Shown: piece after piece, positions 1-11,062 of the stretch
Layout: each line of letters begins with the position of its first letter
Position numbering within the stretch: position 1 is the stretch's first letter
Source: Malacoraja senta
Taxonomy: Eukaryota
Assembly (NCBI GenBank): GCA_038087875.1
Contig: JAXLNO010005103.1
Location: 186,001 to 250,000 of the forward strand
DNA: 64,000 nucleotides
Direction of reading: 5' to 3'
Notes under the pieces: generated by a model
Told to the model about the DNA's origin: nothing
The model's database searches: none
The model's input: only the letters and a program-made list of their open reading frames with translations
Made by a program: the position numbers and the translations under genes

Positions 1-545
1 CACAGATTCACCACCCTGTGACTAAGGAAATTCCTCCTCATCTCCATTTTAAAAGTACGTATTTTTATTGTGAGGCTGTGCTAGACTCTCCCATTACTGA
101 AAACATCCTATCCACATCCACTAACTGGGACTTTCATTAACTGGTAGGTTTCAGAGATTTCCCCCTCATCCTTCTAAATTCCCACGAGTAGAAGCCCAGA
201 GACTTCAAACATTCCTCATACGTTAAATCAATCATCCCCAAGACATACTTCCTCTGGACCCTCTCCAAAGCCAGCACATCCCTTCTAATATCGAGCCCAA
301 AACTGCTCACAATATTCCAAATGTATCCTCACCAGTGCCCGATAAATCCTCAGCATTATATCATTGTTTTTATATCCTAGGCCCCCGGAAATGAATGCTG
401 GCATTGCATTTGCCTTACTTACCACCGACTCAATCTGCAAATTAACTATTTGGGAATCCTGCACTAGTACTCCCACTTTGTAGCTCAGATCTCTGAATTC
501 TCTCCCCATTTAGTAAATAGTCTGTCTTTATTCCGACTGCCAAAA
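1..545 (-). mobile_element. CR1 RT 3' remnant
   Basis: LGYKNNDIMLRIYRALVRIHLEYCEQFW. Confidence 0.8.
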
Positions 546-605
546 TGTAAAACCAGACACTTGCTACACTGTATTCCATTTGGCTCTGCTTTGCCCACTC
601 GGTGG

Positions 606-886
606 AACTGCTGTCTTACAGCACCAGAGACCCGGTTCAATTCTGACTACGGGTCCCGTCTGTACAGAGTTTTGTACCTTCTCCCCGGGACCTGCGTGGG
701 TTTTGCCTGGATCTCCGGTTTCCTCCCTCAGTCCAAAGACATACAGGTTTGTAGGTTAATTGGCTTGGTATAATTGTAAATTGTCCCCTAATAAGTAAGA
801 TAATGTAAGTGTGCAGGGATCGCTGGTTGAGGCAGACTCGTGGGCCAAAGGGCCGGTTTCTGCGCTGTATCTCTTAAACTAAAACC
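606..886 (+). mobile_element. HE1/V-SINE (tRNA-derived)
   Basis: Box B-like head, V-domain gggttt..ccgg..tccggtttcctcc..ccaaagac, CR1-derived tail ctctaaactaaa. Confidence 0.85.
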
Positions 887-943
887 ACATTCCATTGACT
901 ATCAATAATTCTGGGCAATTAGATAACCACAAATTAATAATGG

Positions 944-3075
944 GTGGCACAGTGGCGTAGCAGTAGAGCTGCTGCCTTACTGCACCAGAGACCTGGGTTT
1001 GATCCAGACTACAGGTGCTGTCTGCAAGGACATTGTATGTTCTCCCTGTGACTGCGTGGGTTTTCTCCGGGTGCTCCGGTTTCCTCCCACACTCCAAAGG
1101 CATACAGGCTTGAAGGTTACTTGGCTTAGGTAAAATTGTAAATTGTCCCCAGTGTGTTGGTTAAAGGTCTGTCTCACTGTGCGAGTTGACCCACGAGTGA
1201 CCCCGAGTGAAAGACTCGTGGTTGCGTACGAGACTACAAGTTTATGATCCAGAGTTTAACCGAGTTCCCACGGGCATGTCTAAGTTTCCCGTTTACTTCT
1301 CATTTCTGCGATGTTCCAAGTTCGTCTCCCGAGTGTACCAAGTTCCTCTCCCGTTAATCTTGAGGCAACAATGTATATCGAAGTGTTGAAAAATTATCAC
1401 ATGTTAAAAAAATGATGTCATGCCAGCCAAAGAACGTAGAGACTATTGTGTTTGCTGCATATGTTCTGCACAACCTGATCCGTATCAGAGGTGCAGCTTC
1501 AGGATCAGCAACAGCCATACAGGACGGTGACTTAGTGGACAGTCAAACAGGGAGAATAACACTAGGTGCGTGGAGGAGTGGTACAAATGACGAGACTTTG
1601 GTGCCACTGCAGTGTTTTCGAGGTAACACGGGGACCAACAGTGCAAAAGAGCAGAGAGACCATCTCTGCTCCTACTATAATTCAGAATTGGGCAGTGTGC
1701 CATGGCAGGACAGCTTATTTTGAGCGGCTGCCGACCACAGGTACATCACTGCATGAGGAGAGCCCACATGCAGAAGAATCCAGTTAATTTCATGTTTAGT
1801 TTAAATCCTGCTGACTTTTCATTGTTTAACTTTAAGTGTGGATTTTATTTTTTATTGTGGTGTAAAAGTAATTTCATTGCATCTGTCTTTCCTTTAAAAC
1901 GTGGTTATCATGCATCTGCTTATCTGATTGTAGATCTCAAAACTTGTCATTTAGCGCATTGCATTGTATCTTTTATTGCCTGAATTTAGACTTGTGCATT
2001 TCTCAGCTGAATTAGTATATAGTGGAAATACTTTTATTTGTGCTTCATTTGTTGATTTTCATTTATGAGAAGCCCTTTTCAGACAGTGGTGTTTGCTGTA
2101 GTGCTACGTTTCTCAATATGCGCAAAAACGCGTTTTTTATATTGAACAAGAATAAAGACTTTGTTTCACATTCAAGACATTTGTTTCACATAAGACTTTG
2201 TCTTATTTTCTGATCTACTGAGAGGTGACAATTTTAAACATTTAAAAAGCACAGCATATGAGGCAGTTGAGTCCTTAAATCTCACAAATGATTGTGAGAA
2301 TCAAGATGTGAATATATTTTGCCTTCCTCTATTTTGTGTTTTATGATGAAAGGAATATTACATTCAAGTCATGAGACTTTGTAGTGATATTAAAATGAAG
2401 ACTTCCAGACATCAATTTGATCTTGATAGCAAATAACTCTCTTTTATTGTGCAATGAAGTAAACAAACAGTGAGAATCAAACGGATCAGCAAAAAGCTTT
2501 TCAACACAACACAACACAACACAAATTTATATATAAACTTCAAGCAATTTTTTCTTTTCAACCCACTCTGTCACCTTATCAATAACTTGCTTAACTTTGT
2601 TAAGCAGAATTTGTCTTTAAAAAGTCTAAGTAACTGATATTTCTGTCCCTGATTATTGTTTCTAAAAAGAGTTCCCACGGTAGAATCACGAGTCACAAAG
2701 TTAAACGCACGGGCCACTACGTTCTTACAACGAGTTTAAAATGTTTCAAATTTTAACCACAAGAGTACATTTTACTCGTGGAAAAGTACAAACATGTTTG
2801 AACTTTTGCAAGAGTTAACAAGTTTCACGTGTACCTCCCGTTAGCACCAAGAGTTGCCAAGTTGCGTCCACGAGTTCAGACGTTTCCGCTACGTTAATTG
2901 TACGTGATTACCACGAGTTAAATTTGTTTTAAACTCGGGGTCACTCGTGGGTCAACTCGCACAGTGAGACAGCCCTTTTAGTGTAAATGTACAGGATGAT
3001 CACTGTTCGGCAAGGACTCAGTGAGCTGAGGGGTCTGTATCTGCACCATATCTCTAAAGTCTAAAATCTAAAGCC
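944..3075 (+). mobile_element. V-SINE split by the Harbinger element (944-1163 and 2981-3075)
   Basis: SINE sequence resumes exactly after the TTA duplication. Confidence 0.85.
1164..2977 (+). mobile_element. PIF/Harbinger deletion derivative inserted into a V-SINE
   Basis: About 45-bp TIRs (aaggtctgtctcactgtgcgagttgacccacgag... / ...ctcgcacagtgagacagccctt), TTA target duplication at 1161-1163 and 2978-2980, transposase C-terminal remnant IVFAAYVLHNLIR at 1412-1723. Confidence 0.9.
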
Positions 3076-3166
3076 ACAGTTTAGTTAAGAGTGTGAGTTG
3101 AGGCTGTTATCTCAGTCCAGGAGGTTTATTGTCTCAAGTGATCAGCCTCATTGACTTGCCACTTAC

Positions 3167-3439
3167 CCTGTGGAACATTGACTCCCTGCAGCAGAGTTGC
3201 ATGTTCGATGTAACAGGAGAATTTTGCCACATCTTCTCTACTCAGTTGAATTGTATTCTTCAGCTGGTAAGTCCCGTCCCAATTGGGCAACAGATCACTG
3301 GATTCAGACTCGTGGACCCCCTCACCATCTCTCAGCCACGTTACATCGATGGCCCGTGGGTAGAAGCCTGTGACAAGGCAGGAGAGTCTCAGTGATTGTG
3401 ACCCATCACGTTTAATCCCAATAAACACCTCAGGGGTTT
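3167..3439 (-). CDS. Second class I alpha3-type Ig C1 exon (orphan within the window)
   Basis: Acceptor cttacacttgcag, donor G|gtaagt, 273 nt phase 1-1, no stops; LSCLVTGFYPRAIDVTW...PNWDGTYQL...FSCYIEH with both Cys and the core Trp. Confidence 0.9.
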
Positions 3440-4426
3440 CTGCAAGTGTAAGAAGCGTCAGAATCAGTGAAGACATGAACAAAAGCCTTCAATTGTAAGA
3501 TCACTGCAACTCGCCTCTTTCCCAATCAGTTTTTTCTCCAGCTGAACTAAGTTTTCAGCCTAGACCCAAAATGCTGGAATAACTCAGCAGGTCAGGCAGC
3601 ATCTCTGGAGAGAAGGAATGCCCAGAGATGCTATCTGACCCACAGAGTTACTCCAACATCTTCTATCTTCGGTGTAAACCATCATCTGCAGTTCTATCTT
3701 GCACAAAGTTTACAGCCTTTTCTCTTTTCATTTTGCATTTCTGGCAAAACAACAAAACATTTAGTTTTAATATCACTGACATGCTCCTTATCTTAGCTCC
3801 AGACTTTAACTGACAGTGCAGATGAAAGGGGAATGCAGGGCCCAATGGAGGAGTATAACTCACCATTGGTATTGATGCTGTAGACATGATTGCTCCTACT
3901 TGTTCATCAATCTCTGCTGAATAATAACACCAAATATTCCAAGAGGGAATGGGAGGAAGAAGTTCTTAAAATAGAGAACTGTTGGAAATTGGATGTCACC
4001 ATCCTAAGGAGTAATAGTAAGATTAAATGAGAACTTACCAGTTTGAAGTTTGATCTTTATTTTATGAGGAGTTACGACGAGGGATTACGTGAAGAAGACC
4101 CCGTCCAGCCGCATGCGCGTCAATCTTCAAAGCAGCGGTGTGAAATCACAGGTAATAGTAATTGAAGTATAATAGTAAGATTAGAGAAGACTAGAACTAC
4201 CAGATGACCTTTATGAGGGTTGGGAGTGGAGGGCACGTAATCCCTCATCGTAACTCCACATAAAATAAAGATCAAACTTCAAACTGGTAAGTTCTCTTTT
4301 AATCTTACTATTTTACTTCGGAGTCACGTGAGTGATTATGTGAAGATTTCAAAGCTCTGTGATTTCATGCCGCAGATTCAAATCCAGGCGTCTCACTGCA
4401 TCGATTGACTCAGAATGAGTAAATAA

Positions 4427-5503
4427 TCAATAATGCATCAAACCATAACATTGCTTTAAACGCATTAATGGTTTATTTTGTAAAGAAACAATAGCAACCC
4501 CTTCTATCCCAGGGGGAAACCATAAAACTGAACTCAAAACAGAATGGGCAAATACCCCCAGTTTGGCAATTGGTTTATGATAAAACGTTTGGAACATCAA
4601 TTCACTGGGCCATCCTGCGGCCGTGAGAATATGGTCTATAGGGACGTCCATTGCCCTGGCCGCTGAAGTTGATGCCGCCCTGATGGAATGAGATTTAAAA
4701 TTGTCGGTGTCAATCCCAGCATAAAGCAGAACCTGCTTTAGCCACCTTGAAATAGTCTGAGCTGACACCTTTCTATGCGATTTTCTGTGGCTAATAAACA
4801 ATGCTGATTCCGCACCTCTTAGGGTTCTGGTAGCCTCGATGTAATATAACAAACATGACACCACACACAGGCGGGAATCTGTAGGGTATGCCGAAAAAGT
4901 AATCTTACACCCTGTCGCCCCTAGTCTACTCTGCTTGAGCAAATTATAGATGTAAAAAATGACGGTATCTGCTGACACTTCCATCCTGTCTAGTCGCAGC
5001 TTCTGTAATGTCTGCACACATTGGGCTGAAACCAACACCATAAGCATGACTACCTTCATGGTGACTTTGGCCAAAGACAGGGCTGTGACAGGAGTCTACT
5101 GACGAAGGAGCATAAGAACTTTGCTTACATTCCAGATTACCGAATACCTGGGCCTGGGAGGATTGGAATTAAAAATTCCTTTCATAAATCTAGAAACTAG
5201 AGGGTGTGTCCCCACAGAATATAGTTCTGATCCCATGGATAAGTATGAAGACAGAGCACTTCTGGCTGTATTGATCGCACTATAGCTTAACCTATGATCG
5301 AAATAGAGCATTGACAAGAATTCCAGCACGTCTGGGATGCCTGCAGTTTGATATGAAATATTCTGCCGTAAGCAGAACACCTCCCACTTTTTTATCAAAG
5401 AGATGTACTGCTTTTGGGTACTATCCCTCCAGGCCGCAGTGATAACATCCACGGTGCGATCGGATAGTCCTCTCCCCAGGTATGGCCTTCTTAGAATCTG
5501 CAA
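4427..5503 (-). pseudogene. DIRS tyrosine recombinase (split)
   Basis: YSAINTARSALS N-terminal domain; FKSHSIRAASTSAA (HxxR), AAGW and FQTFY (catalytic Tyr). Confidence 0.92.
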
Positions 5504-6384
5504 ATTAATAGATCAATACGATCATGTAAAGGATGTTGATCGCCAGTTACCGGGTGCACCAGTAGGTTTCTATGTTTGGGAACAATCATATGAGGCTGTG
5601 TAGTCATCTGTAAAACGAGAGGGAACCATGGATGAGTAGGCCAGTCGGGTACCACCGATACTCGTGAGGCGGAGACCTGCTTGATTTTTTGCAGACGCCG
5701 ACTCATGAGGCAGAATGGAGGAAATGCATATAAAAACATTCCACCCCAATGCAGCGAGAATGCATCTACTGCTGCTGCCCCATGAACTGGTTCCAATGAA
5801 ACATATTTAGGCAACTGGTGGTTTAGTCTGGATGCAAACAAATCGATATTTGGCATCCCAAACTGAGCAGCAACATCTTTAACTATGTCATGACTCAACA
5901 TCCATTCTGTGTTGTCATTGAATTGGTGTGACCTAGTGTCTGCCACTATGTTGAATCTACCTGGTAAGTAGATTGCTGAAAGCCAAATGTCTTTGGGAAT
6001 ACACCAGCTCCAGATCTGATTAGCCAATCTATCACAAGATTCCGACCTGACTCGACCCATATGATTAACATACGCCACTGCTGTAGTGTTGTCAATTTGA
6101 ACCTGCACATGCAAATGACTCTTGGTAGGGCAATAAGCTTTAAGCCCATAAAACGTTCCCAAAAGCTCTAAATAATTGATCCCTCGTAATTGCCGAAGGG
6201 ATGCCTCTTCCCTATTCCATCTGCCTCCACAGCTGGAAAAAGTATCAGTAGCATCCCAACCTAGAGCACTAACATCAGTCTGTAAAACTATGGAAGGTGG
6301 TTCAACCAAAATTTTCCTGGAACTACTTGAGACATTCATGATCCACCATTGTATTTCAGCAATGGCTTCAGCTGGTAATTCCAT
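5491..6384 (-). pseudogene. DIRS RNase H plus methyltransferase-like domain
   Basis: LQTDVSALGW, INYLELLG, IDNTTAVAYVN, YLPGRFNIVAD; then IDLFASRLN and LYAFPPF. Confidence 0.9.
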
Positions 6385-6725
6385 GGACCTATCAAATTGA
6401 CCTGAATGTGTCCTCAGTGCCTGTTCTTTTGCTCATTGTAATTGTTGATAATGCAGAGGTCCAAACTGCACAGCTGGAAAAGCAGCCACTAATTTACCAA
6501 TCAAGCTCGCCACCTGTCTGATTGAAGGTCGTTGTTCAGCAATGAGCTTGATACCACCTTCAATTAACTGCAGCCTTTTATCCCTGGGCTGTCACCAACA
6601 TGTGATCTGAGTTAATAGTGAAGCCCAAGTAATGAATAACATTGACTGGTGTTAATTTGGATTAACTGGATGGTTTGATGAACCCCAATTTCTCAAAAGT
6701 GAGTATAACAACGGAAACGGATGAT

Positions 6726-7623
6726 TCAGCTGCGTCCCGAGTCTTTCCTACAATTATCGTCCAAATAGGCCATTACGATATGACCCCGAGCTCGAAGTAG
6801 CCTCAGAACTGGTTTTAACAATTTGGTAAACAATCTAGGAGCTGAGGTTAATCCATTAGGCAGTGCTTTGAATTGCCATAATTGACTCATCCAGCTAAAC
6901 TTCAAATATCTCCTATTATCGCAATGAACAGACACTGAGTAATATGCATCTTTAAGATCTATGCTTGCCATATAACCCTTTGGAAATCAGCTGTTTAGCA
7001 GTAGGGAAAGTTTCCATTTTGAAATGTCTATACTGTACAAAAGGATTAAGGCTCGTCAGGTCCAGGATGATTCTACATCCTCCATCCTTTTTAGTCCTAG
7101 GAAATATATTGGACACAAACTGGTGGGGTTGACGAACCCCAATCACCTCATTCTCAATCACCCCTTTATTGCATAATTCCTCAAGTTCTGCCTTTATCTC
7201 CATATTCTCTTCGTGTGAGAAAATGAGTGTCCGGCTTGGAACATGCTGAGTGGGTGGACACAAATTAGGATAGAATTCAATTTGAAACCCTTCAATACTG
7301 CACAGCACAAACGGATCTGATGTTATCTCCTGCCATTCTTTTAGAAACAAGTGTAACCTACCCCCAACTTGTAAATATTTCCCAATTGAAATGTTTCTAT
7401 CAGGAGCAAAACCACCTACCTGCATGGTTATTGGTGGAACTTGTTGCCCCCGGTTCCTCATGGGAAAATTCATGTTTGCCCGTGTGCCTGTAGCAGGGCG
7501 CCAGCTGCGCATATTCGGGAATGAACGGCTCGTTCCTTCACCAGCCCCAGTCATTGCACCCCGTCGGTAGGGGAACTGCCTCCGAACCATTTTGCTGCCC
7601 ATCAGCGCTTTGATTAACCCCAC
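6726..7623 (-). pseudogene. DIRS reverse transcriptase (split over two frames)
   Basis: FVSNIFPRTKKDGGCRIILDL, FKME, SIDLKDAYYSV, FKALPNGLTSAPRLFTK, YLDD. Confidence 0.92.
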
Positions 7624-7714
7624 TGTCTTAGCCTCATCATCGAGCTTAGCGAGGTCCTCCCCAAACAGCAGATTTGGCAGTTGAACATTGCTGGGCTTGC
7701 ACTGCGCTGCAAAT

Positions 7715-8089
7715 TTAGGGTGAATTGTAGGGCGTGTGGCACTTTTTCCTCAAACAGTTCACTTCAAAATGTGCACTGCACAGAAGACCTAAGACCTTTG
7801 CGGAGGTGAATCCTCCTGGCCCGTCAATGGGTCTAGCAGACTTAGAAGTAGCCTTACGCCCCAACGGCACGGTGATGGTGCTCACAGGCAACGTGTCTGC
7901 AGTCGCTAACCCCCCTGCTAATGATGGTACAGGTGAACTAGGTGGGCACCCGCTACCCGCACTCCCGCGGTCTTCCAAGCTTTTAGCAGCGGGTCGCCTC
8001 GCCTTCACCTTAGAAGCTTTCTGCATGTTGATCTCGCTCTGAAAAACAAGCGTTTCCACCAAAAAGCAACCTCCAACTAAGTTGAGCAC
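7715..8089 (-). pseudogene. DIRS gag-like ORF1 N-terminal part (gag appears internally shortened)
   Basis: Position at the 5' end of the element, low-complexity basic/Pro/Ser-rich sequence, abrupt join near 7740 to a gag C-terminal segment. Confidence 0.55.
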
Positions 8090-8242
8090 TTACCCCGAGG
8101 TTTTAAACTTACCGCTGGAGAAGCGCTGCACCATGCGTCTGACGTAATGACGCGCACGCGGCTGGACGGGGTCTTCTTCACGTAGTCACTCACGTGACTC
8201 CGAAGTAAAATCCTTGATTTAAATCAGAAAATACAAACAAAA

Positions 8243-8500
8243 TTCGCAGCAGTCGAACGGATGCCTCGCAGCATCAGAGACCCGGGTTTGATCCCGACTA
8301 CGGATGCTGTCTGTGTGAACGTCGTACGTGGGTTTTCTCCGGGCGCTGGTCTCCACCCACATTCCAAACTCGCGCAGGTTTATCGGTTAATTGCCCCCTG
8401 TAAATTGCCCCTAGTAAGATGAGTAAGGTGCCAAAGTGGGATTGAGTCATCGAATCACACTGCGTTGAAACGGGCTTTTCGGCACAGCATGCCCCATCTA
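8243..8500 (+). mobile_element. V-SINE
   Basis: gagacccgggtttgatcc head and V-domain. Confidence 0.75.
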
Positions 8501-10540
8501 CATTAGTCCCAACTCCCCACGCTTGGCTCATAACCCTCTAAACCTATCCTATGCATGTACCTGTCCATTGTCTGTTTATTGTTATGATAGTACCTGTCTC
8601 AATCTCCTCCTCTGGCAGCTCGTTCCATATACCCACCACTCTTTGTGTAAAAATGTTACCTCCCAGGTTCCTATTAAATCTCCCCACTCACCCCCTCTCA
8701 CCGTAAACCTATACCCTCTGGTTCTCGAGTCCCCTATTGTGGGCAAAAAACTCATGCGCATTTACCTGATTGATTGATCTCATAATTTTGTAAACCTCTT
8801 TCAGATCACCCCATCCTCCTGCACTCTAAGGAATGAAATCAGAGCCTTCTCAACCTCACCCTCCCTGAACATAGACTCAGTGACTTGCAGAACAGTTCAG
8901 CATAGGAACAGGCCCTTGGGCCCATACCTTCTGTTCTGAACGTGATGCCAAGTTGCACTAATCTCCTCCACCAACACATGTTCCATATCCCTCCTTTCCC
9001 TGCATATCTATGCCTTTCTAAAGACTTCAAATGCCACTATCAAGTATCCTTGTAAATCTACTCTGGACTCTTTCCAGCTGGTGTGTTAAAAACAAAGTGC
9101 ATGAAGAATTCAGTGTGTCAGGCAGCATCTGTGGTGGGAATCGACTGACAACGTTTTGAAGTCACCAGTCTGAACAAGAGTTCCAGCCTGAAATGTCGTT
9201 GGTTCATTCCATCCCACAGATGTTGCCTGACCCACTGTGTTCCTCCAACAGTTTTGCTCAACGATCCAATATCTGCAGTTTCTAGTATCCCCAGAGATCT
9301 GTTAACTGTTACCATTCATTTGCCCTATTTTATTACATTTTGTATTACATTTCTGTTAAATTATGTTGCAGTCTTGGAAATGTTTTCACCTCAGCTGCAA
9401 ACCTGCGTTCCTAGTGCACATTTCTACATTAATCATGCTAAATTATGATCATTGCCACCAAAGCACCTCATCACTACCACTACAATACTACTCCCATCTT
9501 GCTGCCAAGCAATACCCACCATTTTCTATACAGTCGCCTTAATACTATTTCTTAAATGAATTTGAGATCCTCTGCACTCTGCTTCAGTGACAGGTAATAT
9601 TAAGTGTAAATTCACAACTATTTATTGTTCTGGGGTGGGTTATTTTGCACCATATAAACAGGCCAAAATATTTCTCCTTCCGTATCCCTAAGTTTATTTG
9701 ATATACAATGATAAATACAAATCAATGGATCATTTAAATGTTTACTGTGCTGATGGGGACCATTCATCCTATCAGGCCAATGCCACCTCTCTACTGGAGA
9801 AAATCACTTGTTCAACCCCAGCCCCTCGACTGTAGTTTTGCATGTTTTTGCTCACAATTAGTTTATCCAATTCTCTCTTTGTAATGAAACATAAATAGGA
9901 TTCGGATCAATGAACGGAGAAAGAAAATTGCAGGGGTACAAATTACTATCTTTATTACATCAAATTACAAGACAAAGCATTAAAAAAGCAACGAATCTCA
10001 TGGTTTTCAGCTCAATGTGTTAAATGATAGAAGCCGTAGCAAATACCATCAAGTCTCACAGTCTTCTGCCCATTGGAGACTCCTTTTTATGATGGCTGGT
10101 ATAGAGATCTTGCGGGCCCAGCCACTGTCCTTCAAAGGTTCTGCATTAAATCAAGCACCGAGCTATTCTTGCATGTCTCGGAGAAAAGAAAGGTTTAACT
10201 TATCCTTTAGCTACACTAAATATCCTTGTAGGCTGCTCCATAATTTCCCAGTTATTCTAAGTGAGCCCTCAATCATCTAATTGTTTCCCAAAGCCAGCCT
10301 ACTTGCTTACCATAAAGTGCTGTTAGCAGAAAATTTAATCTTAGGTGAAAACCCCGTTTACCTTTTCCAGTGCATTAAGGGCATAATGGACCCAACTACA
10401 CAACATCTACATGCCATACACTTGAAATTCCAAACGCACGTTGCATAGAATTCCTTGTCCGCTCTCAAACCCTTCAGCAAAGTGAGCAGCCTCCCTATCC
10501 ATTCTTCCATTCAAAGATTGATAATTTTCCAGAGCTCGTA

Positions 10541-11062
10541 AGAGGGAGCACATAACGCCTATTCTGGCCTCCCTCCACTGGCTGCCTGTGTACTTTAGAG
10601 TTCATTTTAAGATTCTTTTATTTGTTTTTAAATCTTTAAATGGTCTCGCCCCGCCTTACCTCTCTGAGCTGCTTCATCCCTACGCTCCTGCTCGGTGCCT
10701 CAGGTCAGCTGATCAGCTGCTCCTGGAGGTACCGAGGTCTAAGCGGAAGCTCAGAGGGGATAGAACCTTCTCTGTTGCTGCTCCGACATTATGGAACACT
10801 CTACCTTTGCACATTAGACAGGCCCCTTCACTGTCCATTTTCAAAACTAGTCTTAAAACCTTTTTCTATTCCTTGGCTTTTGACCCTGCATGAGACTTTG
10901 CTCCTGTTTTAGTGTTTCTATTGTTTTTTATTGTTTTTACTGTCTTTTAATGTTTTTATTGTTTTGTTTTATGTTTATGATTAGTCATGTACAGCACTTT
11001 GTTGCAACAGTGGTTGTTTTTAAAGTGCTCTATAAATAAAGTTCAGTTCAGTTCAGTTCAGC
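10541..11062 (+). mobile_element. 5'-truncated L2-clade LINE with (GTTCA)n tail
   Basis: Stop-free EHITPILASLHWLPV...FKILLFVFKSLNGLAPPYLSELL...GDRTFSVAAPTLWNTLP; 3' end aaagtgctctataaataaa-(gttca)4. Confidence 0.9.

Larger units (their letters stand above)
4013..8211 (-). mobile_element. DIRS1-like tyrosine-recombinase retrotransposon, both termini and ICR present, ORFs frameshifted
   Basis: Inverted terminal segments (about 4086-4121 vs 8146-8181); ICR at about 4234-4346 complementary to both ends; AAT at both boundaries; gag, RT, RNase H/MT and YR fragments in order. Confidence 0.93.

Noticed and set aside
3167-3439. Assignment of the orphan Ig exon to a beta2m-like, class II beta or W-category alpha domain because of its Trp in PNWDG
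   Set aside because: The Trp is at the G237-equivalent position; the position matching beta2m W60 (G239) is still Gly, as in class I alpha3
3864-3916. Micro-exon candidate (AG ... ATG|gtgagt) about 420 bp upstream of the orphan alpha3
   Set aside because: Its only open frame ends in phase 0, so joining it to the phase-1 alpha3 acceptor shifts frame and reaches a stop; no domain similarity
10350-10540. Minus-strand segment ending HYALNALEK|gtaaac that resembles an alpha2 exon end
   Set aside because: Contains stops and continues ALEKVNGVFT, matching the CR1 ALEKVQRRFT motif; old CR1 relic
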